Shown: positions 40,166 to 53,737, counted from the first letter of the stretch. The stretch: 64,000 nucleotides of DNA from Octopus vulgaris (GCA_951406725.2 OX597822.1:39742001-39806000); one strand, 5' to 3'. Notes: generated by a model from the sequence alone, not told the origin. Numbers and translations are program-made.

Positions 40166-40233
40166 TGTACGTTTCTATACATATGCAGCCAATCGTGTGA
40201 AATTACTTATGCTTCAGGCATATTATGTATATG

Positions 40234-40282
<49 letters not shown>

Positions 40283-40342
40283 GTATATATATGTATATGT
40301 GTAGCATATATATATATAATATATATATGTACATACATATAT

Positions 40343-40382
<40 letters not shown>

Positions 40383-40435
40383 GAAGTGAGAGAGATGGAG
40401 AGATATACATATACGTACAGACACATGCATATATA

Positions 40436-40533
<98 letters not shown>

Positions 40534-41436
40534 CATATATATATATGTATGTATATGTACAACTATGTGCGTATATATGTGTCTGTGGGTGTATATCTGT
40601 TGAACGAACGAACATGTGTAACACACATATGCAGAGACAGACAGACAGACAGACAGACACACAAACACATACACACACACGCGCTTACACACACACACAC
40701 ACACACACAGTATATGGTTGTCTCTTGTACATGTGTATCCATATTTACTTATCTCTGTTCTTGTCTCTGTTTTGGCTGTATATGTGGTGTCTGCGAGCGT
40801 GCACCCGTGTATATATGTATGTGCATGCGTGCATATATAGGTCCATGTGCATATGTATGTTTATATTTACGATTGTATATATGTATCTCTCTTTATTGTT
40901 TCAAACCTTAATAAATGCAATTGGTTTCTAGTAATGAATCAAAGATTCTTCGCCGGAACATGGTTACCCGCAACAGTAAAAAGTTAGATGCTAAATTTTA
41001 GAGAAGTATTTCATATTTTCACTGTTCCACTTACAGATTAAACTGATATATTGTTGCCGATGGTGTAATGCTCCGATTAAAACTATTGGTCAAGCATTTA
41101 TGAATGTACCCGAGGGCACTGATAGTTACAGCTATTAGAGATGCTGTGTGGTCAAGTGGTTAAGGTGTCGGACTACGAACAAAATATCGTTGTTTCGATT
41201 CTAGGACTGGGTGATACGTCGAGTATTTGACCAAGGTACTTTCACGGTGCTTCAGTTCACACAACTGGAAATGAGTCCCGAGTGCTGATAGAGTGCCCCC
41301 ACTGCTGTTTCTGTCTCTCTGTCTCTGTCTGTATGTCTGTCAGTCTCTTTCTCTCTTCATCTCCTTAGACATCCTGCTTGGGTCAAGATTATGAAGACCG
41401 AGAGGGCGTCTATACCTGCTCATGACTATGCAGGAA

Positions 41437-41605
41437 CCTAGGAGTGGGTGTGTGGTAAGTGGGTTACTTACTAACCACATGGTTCCGGGTTCAGTCCCAC
41501 TGCGTGGCACCTTGGGCAACTGTCTTCTACTATAGTCTCGAGTCAACCAAAGCCTTGTCAGTGGATTTGGTAAACGGAAACTGAAAGAAACCCGTCGTAT
41601 ATATG

Positions 41606-41650
<45 letters not shown>

Positions 41651-41805
41651 TTGTCCCCCCAACATCGCTTAACAACCGATGCTGGTATGATTACAACTCC
41701 GTAACTTAGCGGTTTGGCTAAGAATAAGTCCTGGGGTCGATTTGCTCGACTAAAAGGCGGTGCTCCAGCATGGCCACAGTCACATGACTGAAACAAGTAA
41801 AAGAG
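41437..41805 (+). mobile_element. SINE-B copy
   Basis: Head ggagtgggtgtgtggtaag...gggttcagtcccactgcgtggcacc and tail gactgaaacaagtaaaagag. Tail fragments also at 43770-43940, 45750-45925 and 52420-52635. Confidence 0.9.
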
Positions 41806-41954
41806 CATATGCATATATACCACATGAAATATCTATGTGTCCCTTATTTTCAGAAACATACATACATTTTTTCCTTATATCTTTGTTGGAAACCAGTTCC
41901 CTCCTCAGGAGAAGAATAATAATAATTTTAAAAAAATAGAAGAGATATACGTAC

Positions 41955-42165
41955 ATTAAAACTTTCCAGGCGTTTAAGATTTAAATATATACGAGCATGT
42001 CTAGATATGCATTCAAAACATACATACATGCATACAAACAAACAAACAAACAAAATTATCCTGTTGTTGATGTTGAAATTCCAATGAAGGAGGTTTGCAT
42101 CTAGTCTAGAAGCCGGCTCTTTCTCTATTGGCAACAAATCTTGAAATAAAATTGAACAGTGACAT
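41955..42165 (+). mobile_element. 3' UTR fragment of the (CATA)n-associated Dong-like LINE
   Basis: aactttccag...gagcatgtctagatatg...gaaattccaatgaag...ctattggcaa...tgaacagtgacatacatac matches 28020-28550. Confidence 0.8.
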
Positions 42166-42239
42166 ACATACATACATACATACATACATACATACATACA
42201 TACATACATACATACATACATTCATAAATACATAGTAAA

Positions 42240-42428
42240 TTTCAACTATAGCCACTACACACGCTTTATTTTCTCTCCTTTATTTTCTTTTTGTGTTCCT
42301 TTTTGTGGAAGAGCTTAGGCTCGAAACGTTAAAGACTTTTTCACTTCCCGAGCGTTATTCTAATACATCTGTTTGTTGTTTACACCACCTGCCTTTGTCT
42401 TTTGTTGTTTGTGAATTCTCCCCCCTAT
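42240..42428 (+). mobile_element. Family E element
   Basis: ttttgtggaagagcttaggctcgaaacgttaaagac...ctaatacatctgtttg...; abuts (TA)n. Confidence 0.75.
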
Positions 42429-42466
42429 ATATATATATACATACATACATACATACATACATACAT

Positions 42467-42542
<76 letters not shown>

Positions 42543-42811
42543 TGTATAAAGGATCCCGGGTAAGGACAGAACAATGCCAAGTAAATGCAAGGCAAATCAC
42601 AAGAAAAATATATGAATTAATGAAGACTTACCTTGTATTCAATATTTCGGGGTTATGACTCCATTTTCAAGAAATTAACGAATGTTGCGAAGGTGAAAAA
42701 TAAAACGATTACACCTGGTAGCTTACTGGTAAAGCACGGTCACTTTCTCAGTGATCGTTATGTATATGGTAAATGAAAGACGGAAGATGGAATATACGAG
42801 AATTTATTATT

Positions 42812-42919
42812 AATCACGACAAATGTTTCGACACATCTAGCATCGATTCCTCATGGGTGGGACACTCAACAACTGGTTCAAGAGCATCCGTCGGTGCAGA
42901 TGTATCTCGTCGGGTGATA
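42812..42919 (-). ncRNA. Type I hammerhead-like motif with long stem II (Penelope-like relic)
   Basis: Revcomp: atcac CCGACGA gatacatct...agatgtgtc GAAAC attt GTC gtgat. Stem I 5 bp, stem II 9 bp, core has U4 replaced by C; followed by aataaa. Confidence 0.5.
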
Positions 42920-43150
42920 AATAACTGCTCGTTAAAATAACTTTTCAGCAATGTAACTTCCGGCTTCCCGTTCCTCTTTTTACCATCTGTGATTTTACTT
43001 TCGATCTTCGATATAAATGAAGACATTTCCTCCGTCTGGCTGATTTTCTTTCTACAAAACGGGAAGTTACATTGCGAAACAGTTATTTTAACGTGTTGTA
43101 TTTTAACAGTTTTTTTAATGAGCTGTATTTTAACAAGTTTGTTATTTTAA

Positions 43151-43370
43151 CGACAATATGAGGCTTCGAAAAAACAGTTGCTACCGCGAACCAAAATAAA
43201 TTTTGGGATTTGCAGAGGGTCAGAGCTGGTAACAAAAGCAGGACAGTGGACAAGAGAAAAGATAAGAGGAGACAGATAAGAAAGCGTCTGGTCTGAGCGA
43301 CAGACTAAAATAATCCCAAATTTTATTTTGGTTCGCGGGATCAACCGTTTTTCGAAGCTTCATATAGTCT
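43151..43370. mobile_element. TTAA-flanked MITE (Kolobok/piggyBac-type target)
   Basis: ~58-bp TIRs cgacaatatgaggcttcgaaaaaacagttgctaccgcgaaccaaaataaattttgggatt and aatcccaaattttattttggttcgcgggatcaaccgtttttcgaagcttcatatagtct. TTAA at 43147-43150 and 43371-43374. Confidence 0.8.
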
Positions 43371-43549
43371 TTAATTGTTCGAAATGTGGAGTAGATGAAC
43401 AACTGACAACTGATGAAGGTTCGTTCTATATGTTACTTGTCTTTTTTTTTTTTCATTTGCTTGCTTCGCATACCCAAGTTTGCCTTCGTATTTCATGTTG
43501 TTTACGTTTTGTGACGTCCTGTACCCATATATACATATACATACATACA

Positions 43550-43584
<35 letters not shown>

Positions 43585-43679
43585 GAAAGTATGTACATAT
43601 ATGTATGTCTGTATGTATGCATAAATATATTTTATTTATAATATATGATACAACACCACGCATCCATTTCGAAGTAAGT

Positions 43680-43753
<74 letters not shown>

Positions 43754-43939
43754 GTCTATGTGTGTCTGTGTGTGTATTTTTGTCCGTGTTTCTCCCTCAC
43801 CATCGTTTGACAACCGATCTTGGTGTGTTTACGTCCCCGTAACTTAGCGGGGTTTACAAAGAATAAGTCCTAGGGTCGATTTGCTCGGCTAAAGGCGTTG
43901 CTCCAGCATGGCCGAAGTCTAAAACTGAAAGAAGTACTA

Positions 43940-44040
<101 letters not shown>

Positions 44041-45184
44041 GAAAAATGGGACAAGAACGCAAAACTTCCAGACAGTTACGTGATACAAAAAAAGGACAAC
44101 AAAACATTCAGAGAGACGATACAAAGAAAACAAGGAGGGGTCATTCGGAGTTTTCTTTCCTCGGTCGAGTTCCATATTACCTTTGCAATTTCGGCTGGTT
44201 ATATATATAATAGTATTAATAAAATAGGAGATGGAATGTTTAATAGACTTTATTGAGTACAACACGTTTCGAACCGTTCTGGGTCCCTTATATGTCCATC
44301 AAATTCGTGAATGATTTAAAACAGAGAAAAATTATTGAAACGTATAAAGAAAGTATACATTCTTGTATCGACTCTCATAGCAGGTAATCGAAACTGTGCC
44401 GGTGCTTTACTCATCATCTAGAGAGAAAAAAATGTGAGTTGGAAGAAGGTAAAGGTAAGATATTGAATTGTGGAGGTCGTAGTAAAATATTCGTTATGCT
44501 TTGACGAGGTACAGTTTGTTGGTTGGGCTAAAAGAATTTTGCTTTCTCGAGAGGGGCCTGTAGAAGTAAGGGAGCGGTTTAGGGTTCTCGAAGCTACCTT
44601 TACCAGCACTAGCACTACCACCACTACCTCCACCATCATCACCACCATCATCACCACCATCACCACCATCCGTGTGGTCGTGGAAGAGGTATGGAAGGGG
44701 TAATGTCAGTCGGTGTAACTCAAACATAACTGCACGCTCCCATAGCATTGAAAACAAATTAAAACTAAACGACTGTGAAAGCGTCATGGAAAATGTTGGG
44801 TGAGGCGAAGAAGGTGGGGAAGGAGTGTTAGTGGTGGTAGAGGTGGTGTAGGGGTGGCTGGTCGGCGGTTGGGGGCAGTGATGATGCTGAGGGGTGGGTG
44901 GTTAATTTGTATTTAGGTAGGGTAAGATTTACGCTGTGTTCGATGACCTTCTTCAGAAAGACGAAGTTGCGGGTGGGCGTGTAACGGCATAGCGAAATGG
45001 AAGGGTGATGAATGGATGCATGGATATATGGGACCAGCGTGAGTGATATGGGTCGAAAGCCTGTCCTGTGTTGTGTGTCGTGGCAGTGGTGGCGGAGGTG
45101 TCAGTTTAAAGTTGCAAGCAGGTGGGGTTTCATTAATAACAAAAGTGACAAGTGAAAATGAAGGCAACATCATTTTATTGTTGT

Positions 45185-45695
45185 TGGCAGAAACGTTAGC
45201 ACGCCGGGTTTAATGCTATGCGGTATTTCGTCTGTCGTTACGTTCTCAGTTCAAATTCCGCCGAGGTCGACTTTGCCTTTCATCCTTTCGGGGTCGATAA
45301 ATTAAGCACCAATTGCACACTGGGGTCGATATAATCGACTTAATCCGTTTGTCTGTCCTTGTTTGTCCCCCTCTGTGTTTAGCCCCTTGTGGGCAGTAAA
45401 GAAATAGGTATTTCGTCTGTCGTTACGTTCTGAGTTCAAATTCCGCCGAGGTCGACTTTGCCTTTGAGTACCAGTTACGCACTGGGGTCGATATAATCGA
45501 TTTAATCCGTTTGTCTGTCCTTGTTTTTCCCCTCTGTGTATAACCCCTTGTGGGCAGTAAAAAAAATAAGAATCGTTAGCACGCCGGGCAAAATGCTTAG
45601 CTATATTTCGTGCATCTTTATATTCTGAATTCAAATTCCGCCGTGGTTAACTTTGTTTTAATCCTTTCGGAGTCGATAAATTAAGTACCAGTAAA
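45185..45695 (+). mobile_element. SINE-A trimer
   Basis: Full unit, then junction gtaaagaaatag|gtatttcgtctg (~45408), then a third unit starting aatcgttagcacgcc (~45571). Confidence 0.9.
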
Positions 45696-45929
45696 ATACT
45701 TGTTGGTTGTTCCTTCTCGAGCCACGCCTGGCTCATAAGGGCCTGTTTCCACCATCGCTTGACAACCGGTGTTGGTATGATTACATCAACGTGACTTAGC
45801 AGTCCTAAAAAAGGGACGGAGACTGAAGATAATAAGTACTAGTGTCAAATGTTTCGACCAAAACCTCTTCGAGGTGGTGCCTCAGTATGGCCGTAGTCTA
45901 ATGACAAAAAAGAGTTAAGGAATAAAATA

Positions 45930-46550
45930 TGGGAGATTCTTTTCTTCAAGAAAAAAAAATTAGTCATTGTAGAACATTGTCAGAACAACAAGAATAATAG
46001 GAAATTTTTTAAAAAGTTTAATAACAAACAATTTGAGAAAAATGTTTCAAATTGTTATTTGTGAAATATGTGAAATGGCTGCACAAAATAATGCTGTCTC
46101 ATACTTTGGTGGAGTCAATTATTTTGCTTGCATGCGGAAAGATTCTTAAGACATAGTTAAGAACTCGAGATGGACAAGAAATAAGTAAAATTCCTCTCTT
46201 GAATAATGATACAGTTCATAGGCACATTTTAGAATTGTCTGCTGATCTTGAGAAAAATGTCAGCCATGATGAGTTTTAACATTCAAATGTTGCTTTGCTA
46301 GTTAATGGGTCAACAGACGTTCCAAACTGTGTACAGCTTACGGTATTCATCATTTTGTTGAGGAGGACAAATAATAAGGTTCGTTTGTGTTTTTTTGTAA
46401 AGAAATCTCTGGCAGTAATAGAGCTGAATAAAATTTTTATTTATGTTTTAAATAACTACTTTGTAAAAAAAAAATTACCATAGAAGTCATGTTTTAGAAA
46501 TTTATCGGCGGAACTCTCGCTATAGTTTGTCTCTATGAAGGAGCTCACAG
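45930..46550 (+). mobile_element. hAT (Charlie/Buster-like) transposase fossil
   Basis: SHTLVESIILLAC...ISKIPLLNNDTVHRHILELSADLE...ALLVNGSTDVPNCVQL (~PHTIGE.LILPA...IPLSNDTV.RRI..FALQLDESTD...AQL). Stops present. Confidence 0.8.
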
Positions 46551-46644
46551 CGCCTGCAATAAGCTGTGACGACTCTGCTTTCTTTTAAGCGAGGCTACGA
46601 TTGCAGACGTTTCGGAACTGAACTCAAGATGTTTATTCGTTTCA

Positions 46645-46873
46645 AATTTTGGCGCAAGGACAGCGATCTAGAGAGAGGACCTAAGTCGATTGTTGATTAC
46701 ATCGACACCTCCCACCCCACTCCGTGCTCAACTGAGACTTATTTTATCGATTCCCAAAAGGATGTAAGGTAAAGTCGACCTCGAAGGAATCTGAACTCAG
46801 AGCGTAAAGATAGACGAAATGACCACTAAGCATTTTGCCCGTCGCGACCACGATTCTACCAGCTCGCTGCCTT
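46645..46873 (-). mobile_element. SINE-A copy
   Basis: aaagtcgacctcg...gaactcagagcg...ccagctcgctgcctt. Similar copy at 58845-59061(-). Confidence 0.85.
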
Positions 46874-46874
46874 A

Positions 46875-46960
<86 letters not shown>

Positions 46961-47132
46961 AGCAAAAAAAAGAGTATCATAGTCATCAAGTGAATGATAT
47001 TTCGACATCTCGTATGTCTTCTACAGGTTAAAAAAATAAACGTGTCGGTCTACTTCATTTTCTTTAATATATATAGGATTGAGGTAACTCCTTCTATATC
47101 TTCTCGAGGAGTTACCTCAATCCTATGGATAC

Positions 47133-47229
<97 letters not shown>

Positions 47230-47889
47230 AAGATAGAACAATTTTCACACGCAGCATACTTTCTATACATCAAGCGTCTAAAACAATACAACTTACGCAA
47301 CGTATATTGCACATGATTAAAGCCCAACAAACAAACAAACAAACAAACAGAACTCACACTCCACACACAACAGATCATGTAAACAGATCACTAAATGTAA
47401 CAAGAAATTAAACCCCATAACAATACAAACTAGAGCAGTAGGCTGAGAGGAGGAATCTACATTCCTCTAATCCTCACAAAAATTACAACACAATGGAGCA
47501 TAGACCTCAGGAACACGGAGGGGAACTAGGTGTCTTCTTCTTCTTCTTCTTCTTCTTCTTCTTCTTCTTCTTCTTCTTCTTCTTCTTCTTCTTCTTCTTC
47601 TTCTTCTTCTTCTTCTTCTTCTCAGGAATCACGCCATTAGCCACAAAGAATAATCTCTAATTCGAGCCTACTCTAAGCTTCTAAGAATGCGTGTGGCAAC
47701 TTGAAGATCTACCCACCACACGCGATAGACTGGCGGTTGCACGGGCGCGAAAGCCACGTTGTTATCCTCATTCCGTAAACGGTGGCTTTTAACGGGTGGA
47801 TAGCCGAATCATCCTGGGGTTCAGAGGATTCGCAATCTAGACTAGGGTCTGAAAGTTTACCACACCATGGTTCCTCTGCTTTGTGACAG

Positions 47890-48078
47890 AAGTAGGAAGA
47901 AAGAGTGAGAGAAAGTTGTGGTGAAAGAGTACAGCGAGGATCACCACCACTCCCGGAGCCTCGTGGAGCTTAGGTATTTTTGCTCAACAAACACTCACAA
48001 TGCCCGATCTGAGAATCGAAACCGCGTTCTTACGACCGCGAGTCCGCTGCTCTAACCACTGGGCCATTGCGCCTCCAC
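47890..48078 (-). mobile_element. SINE-C copy
   Basis: Revcomp head ggaggcgcaatggcccagtggttagagcagcggactcgcggtcgtaag. Similar copy at 62520-62800(-). Confidence 0.88.
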
Positions 48079-48556
48079 CAGGTGGTGTTGTACAAGGTCA
48101 CATGAAACTACTGCAAAAAAATAAAGAAAAATTATAAGTTCTTCTAGAATGGTGGTGGTGGTGGTGGAGGTGTTAGAGGGGTACATGAATTTTGGTGAAA
48201 GGGGTGGAGGTGGGAAGATCATTAAAGACATGCCAATAAGTGATTGGTTGTGATTATTATTGATTGTCTCATGGAAAGATCCGGTTGCAGACGGGAGGAT
48301 TTGAAATAGAAATCGAAAAATGAGGTAAATTAAGACATAAAGAAACTCGAGCCAGTTCATTAGCACATAATCAGATAATTGATAATTAAGAGAGAAAGAG
48401 AGAGAGAAACAGAGGGAGGGGGACGGAAACGGAGACATGTTAATTGTCAGCTTTACTTTATACAATTTTTATGTAAATATCACGGAAACATGCATTCCAG
48501 ATCGGTGTGGTGCAACGAAACAAGCCTTGAACACCAAAGCGATATGTATAAAACAA

Positions 48557-48734
48557 GGTGTGGCTTTGTGGCAAGAAACTTGCCTGCTAACTGCATGGTT
48601 CCGGTTTCAGTCCTACTATGTGGCACCTCGGGCAAGTGTCTTCTACTAGAGCCTCAGACCGACCAAGGCCGACGAAAACTGAAAGAAGCCTATCATATGT
48701 ATGTATGTATGTGTATGTATGTATGTATGTATAC

Positions 48735-48818
<84 letters not shown>

Positions 48819-49187
48819 AAAGGGAAAGTTTACAAAAATAAACAAAAGACGAAGGCAGGTGGAATACAAACAAACAAATGTATTAGTATAGCGCTCAGGA
48901 ATAGAAAAAATAGAAAAAAATCTTTTACGTTTCGAGCCTACGCCATTCGACAGATAGATACACAGAAAAAAACAAGGAGAGAAAAAAATGCGTGTAGGAG
49001 CTAACGATCTATCATATATATAGGCGCAGGAATGGCTGTGTGGTAAGTAGCTTGCTTACCAGCCACATGGTTCCGGGTTTATTCCCACTGAGTGGCACCG
49101 TGGGCAAGTGTCTTCTACTATAGCCTCGGGCCGACCAAAGCCTCGTGAGTGGATTTGGCAGACGGAAACTTAAAGAAACCCGTCGTG

Positions 49188-49244
<57 letters not shown>

Positions 49245-49642
49245 TTGTGTGTCTGTGTTTGTCCCCCATGCCGCCATCCCATACTGGTATGTTTGCGTCA
49301 TATATGTTTAGTGGTTCGGCAAAAGAGACTGATAGAATAATTACAAGCCTTAAAAAGAATAATTCCTGGGGTCGATTTCTTCGAGTAAAATCTCTTTAAG
49401 GCGATGCTGCAGCTTGGCCGCAGTCAAATGACTGAAACAAGTAAAACAATGAAACAATATTTTATGTTGTCCCGGGAGATTCATATGCGTGGTTGTATGG
49501 TAAGAAACTTGCATCCCAACCGCATGGTTCTGAGTTCAGTCCTCCTGCGCGGCACATTCGGCAACTGATTTTTTTTTTACTGTGATCTCGGGCGGCCAAA
49601 GCCTTATGGGTGGATTTGTACATGGAAACTGAAAGAAGCCCG

Positions 49643-49695
<53 letters not shown>

Positions 49696-49874
49696 CATGT
49701 ATATATATTTATTTATATGCCTGTGTTTGTCACCCCCGCCACACGTCACCTCATCACAGCTAATGCTGGTGTGTTGATGTCCCTTAAATTAGCGATTCAG
49801 CAAAAGAAACCGCTAGAATAAGAACTAGGCTTAAAACGAATAAGTCCTGTGCACAATTTTTTCGACTAAAAACT

Positions 49875-49968
<94 letters not shown>

Positions 49969-50270
49969 GGTGTAGGCATGGCTCTGTGGTAAGAATCTTG
50001 CTTACCAACAACACGGTTCTCGGTTCAGTCCCACTGCATTGCCTCTTGGGCAGTTGTCTTCTACTATAGCCTTGAGCTGACCAAGGCTTTGTGAGTTGAT
50101 TTGGTGGATGGAAACTGAAAGAAGCCCGTCGTATGTATATGTATATATTTCTGTGTGCGTGTCTTCGTGTCTGTGTTTGTCCTCCCACCGTCACTTGACA
50201 AGCGATATTGGCGTGTTTGTGTGCCCGTAAAATAGTGGTTCGGGTTCTGGGTTCATGTGTTCGACTAAAA
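48557..50270 (+). mobile_element. Four co-oriented SINE-B copies (48557, 49022, 49482, 49968) with a nested family E element (48820-49012, -)
   Basis: Repeated heads ggctgtgtggtaag...ggttc..gttcagtcc, separated by (TA)n. Copies differ in divergence. Confidence 0.9.
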
Positions 50271-50533
50271 TTTTTGTCTCTGAGAAAATCTCTCTCCCCT
50301 CTCTCCTTATATATATATCTCTCTCTCTCTCTCTTTCTCAGTCTTTTTCTCACTTTCTCCCTCTCGACTCTGTGAGTGATATCACATCGAGCCGAGCTCC
50401 GGATGACATCAGTAAACTGCCAGATTCGGTGTTCCAGCATGCTTTGGATACCGACGAGGCAATATCAGGCCGAAATTCATGTTCACATAATTATCTTCAT
50501 ATTCACCGTCTCCGCTTCGTGTGTTTACACTGC

Positions 50534-50584
<51 letters not shown>

Positions 50585-51769
50585 ACTTTTATGAAAGTAA
50601 AATAAATATGTACTACACCAAAAGTTTTGCGCAATTCGGTTTTATGTCAATTTTTTATTATTATACAAAATAAAAAGAAATATATATATATATATATTTA
50701 TATCTGTGTGTTTGCATATATATACGTGTGCGTATGTATGTATGCATGTTTACGCATATGCGCTAATGTATGTGTGCATATATATATATATAACCGCGAC
50801 ATCAACGTTCTTGCTATCCAGTGGATTATCTGCAAAGGTCGAAGGGGTCTACATAAGGTTTGCGTGTCGTGACACGAATGCATAAGAACATATGTATGTA
50901 TGTATGTATGTATGTTTGTATGTATGTATGTATAAGACATGAGTGTTGGTGAGTTGTAAACAGACGGAAAATCTGTTTCCGGCATTGATTGGTCAATATT
51001 GTTTCTTTGATGTCTTATTTTTCCTCCTCCAGGTGGCGATGCTGTGTGGTCGTTAAGGGGTAATGGATAGATGTACGGACGGAAGGGTGGTTGCATCGAG
51101 TGAGCTGTCTGCTTAAGACCATCCTTACGCTAACATAAATAAATGTCCTATGATTAGAACTCATTATTGCATGTCAATAAAACTCGCAACATATGCGTGT
51201 GTGTGTGTGTGTGTCTTCGTGTGTGTTTGTGTTTGTGTGTGTTTGATTCGTGTGCAAGGGCGTCTATGTGTGCGCTTATGAGCAGCATACATACACAGAA
51301 AGACACATGCATATATGCACACGTATACTTGTCGATGCACACCATAATTAACAACATACGCAAATTCGTTGTACGCCAACTTTGGTGGTACACCCAACAC
51401 AGTACCCGGTTTTATACGACCATCCGGTCCTCAGGTGCTTTTCGTAGAGTTCATTTCGTTGCAAAAATTCTGACAGGATACCCGGTTAATATACATTAAG
51501 CGACCAGAGTAGACATCAGGATTCGTTAAGCTGCAGATGTTCAAGAAACACGGGTAGACATCAGCCGCGTGTATTTCACTAGTCTCAAGACAACGGTGGA
51601 GAATCTACATGAGAGCTCGACCCGCTAAAAGTAGCTGCCAAATCGCCCTACCATGTTAAAAGTAAGGAATATACGATGGACATAACCTGTGTGAATAAAA
51701 CAATATGAACAGACAGAACACTTTCGATCCTAATTATTCATTTGCTGCATCAAGGATATCCCGGAGTAA

Positions 51770-51847
51770 AGAGTACATCTTTGATCATAGAGTACATCTT
51801 GGATCAAAGAGTACATCTTGATCAAAGAGTACATCTTTGATCATAGA
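51770..51847. repeat. 18-19-bp tandem repeat x4 (agagtacatctttgatca[ta])
   Basis: gagtacatct at 51771, 51790, 51809 and 51827. Confidence 0.92.
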
Positions 51848-52135
51848 ACTCCTGGATCAGAATTGACCGAGAGTTAAACTTTAACAGCAACTATCTTATA
51901 TATGCTCACATCATATCCTAATTTATAAACACCTACATCCTATACTAACTTATATACACACATATAATATACTAACTTACATATACGCCAACGTAATAAG
52001 ATGGCTGCCCACCTGGCCATTGAAAACATTGTGCATTCAGATAAAAATTTCACTTTGCACTTGTGGCTCAGCTGGTGACTAATGAGAACTAGGATGCAAA
52101 CATCTCTTAAAGGATTATAGGTCTTTGGCATGATT

Positions 52136-52174
<39 letters not shown>

Positions 52175-52739
52175 CATATACATACATATGTATATGTGTG
52201 TGTATGCATCTACGTACGTATCAATCTATCTCTCTATCTACCTATCTACCTATCTATCCATTTATCCCTCTCCCTTCTCTCTCTATCTCTTTCTATATAC
52301 ATTTATATGTTTGTGTGTTTGTGTGTGTGTATTATGTGTGTGTGTTTGTGTGTATGTATGTATGTATGTATGTATGTATGTATGTATGTATGTATGTATG
52401 TATGTATGTGTCTTTGTGTCTGTTTCTCCGCCACTACCGCTTGACAACCGGTGTTGGTGTGTTTACATTCCTCTAACTGGGCGGTTCGGCGATAGGCATC
52501 GATAAAATAAGTACCAGGCTTTAAAAAAGAATAAGTACAGGCGTCAATTCATTCCACCAAAAATCCTCCAAGGCGGTGCCCCAGCATGGCCACAGTCTAA
52601 ATGACTGAAACAGTTAAAAGATAAAAGATATAAAAGATATATCATTTATATACATGTATGTATGTGTATATATATACATACGTACATACACACACAGACG
52701 CGCGCTCACACACACACACAAACACACACACACACACAT

Positions 52740-52791
<52 letters not shown>

Positions 52792-52802
52792 TATTATCAT
52801 TA

Positions 52803-53380
52803 TTGAGAGTGGAGTGCATGCCATCAAAGTGACACTGGGTTAAAATATACGAAGCCCAGTGTACCCATCGTGACTACATGTCCGATAGGGGTACACCAGG
52901 CACATGCATCACAACCATGTGTGCTTCACATGGTGATCTTATATCAAGATAAACAGAACAGCGCATGACCTTGCAGGTGGGGCCCAGTTAAAATATTCTT
53001 CAGGTCAAGTAGCCCACTCCGCTCAAAAAGGTTGTTTAACGACGAGTAGACCATCCCTGAATAAGGGTTGTTTAAGAACGTTGAACGAAACACCCGTGTA
53101 TCCAGAGGTGAATTATCCAAACCCCAAACAATTCCTCTCAACACATGGCCATGATGCTCCCCAACTACTTCTGCTCATGATCAGAGATGCACATATCGTC
53201 AGCCACTAAGGGACATGCCCAATTGGTTAAAGTCAAACAAGTGACAAGCAAATTTTGAATATTTTGAATATTTGCTGTAACGCATCTTTTATACCAAGAC
53301 AAAACAATCTACATGATAACATTTCCAACCAGCAAAGATCAGGAGCCATGAGAGCCACTGCCTGATACTGCATCAGGGTA
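52803..53380 (-). mobile_element. Family D non-coding retroposon (~570 bp) between (AAT)n tracts
   Basis: Reverse complement of 59340-59898. No ORF and no tRNA boxes recognised. Confidence 0.8.
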
Positions 53381-53398
53381 TTTATTATTATTATTATT

Positions 53399-53736
53399 CA
53401 GTAGTTTTATTTTTATAGCGTGCTTTCACTTCCCGACCGAGCGCAGCTCTGTGTTCCTTGGGTATGTGTTGTGATTTGTTGTGATGCTCTGATGGTTATT
53501 GTATGGAGAGTGTTCTGCGTAGGATGTGTGCAGTGCCTAGTAGTGCAATTTTCTGTATGCTATATGTGTTTGTAAGTCCTGGTGTTTTTGTTATGTATTT
53601 GTCTGAATATTTTTTTATCATGCCTAATGCACCTACTATGATAGGAATTGTTTCTGTTTTCAGATTCCACATTCTGGTTACCTCTATTTCCAGGTCTTTG
53701 TATTTTGAGAATTTCTCCATTTCTTTTAGAGACACG

Positions 53737-53737
<1 letters not shown>
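53399..53737 (-). mobile_element. R4/Dong-like LINE 3' end inserted in (AAT)n
   Basis: VSLKEMEKFSKYKDLEIEVTRMWNLKTETIPIIVGALG...IQKIALLGTAHILRRTL (RLE C-terminus), then 3' UTR ending actgaataataat. Confidence 0.9.

Noticed and set aside
44255-44310. Additional hammerhead-like motifs (also ~6720-6800, ~30804-30825, ~56612-56665)
   Set aside because: GAAA(C) is present but the core or stems are too degenerate to support a call.
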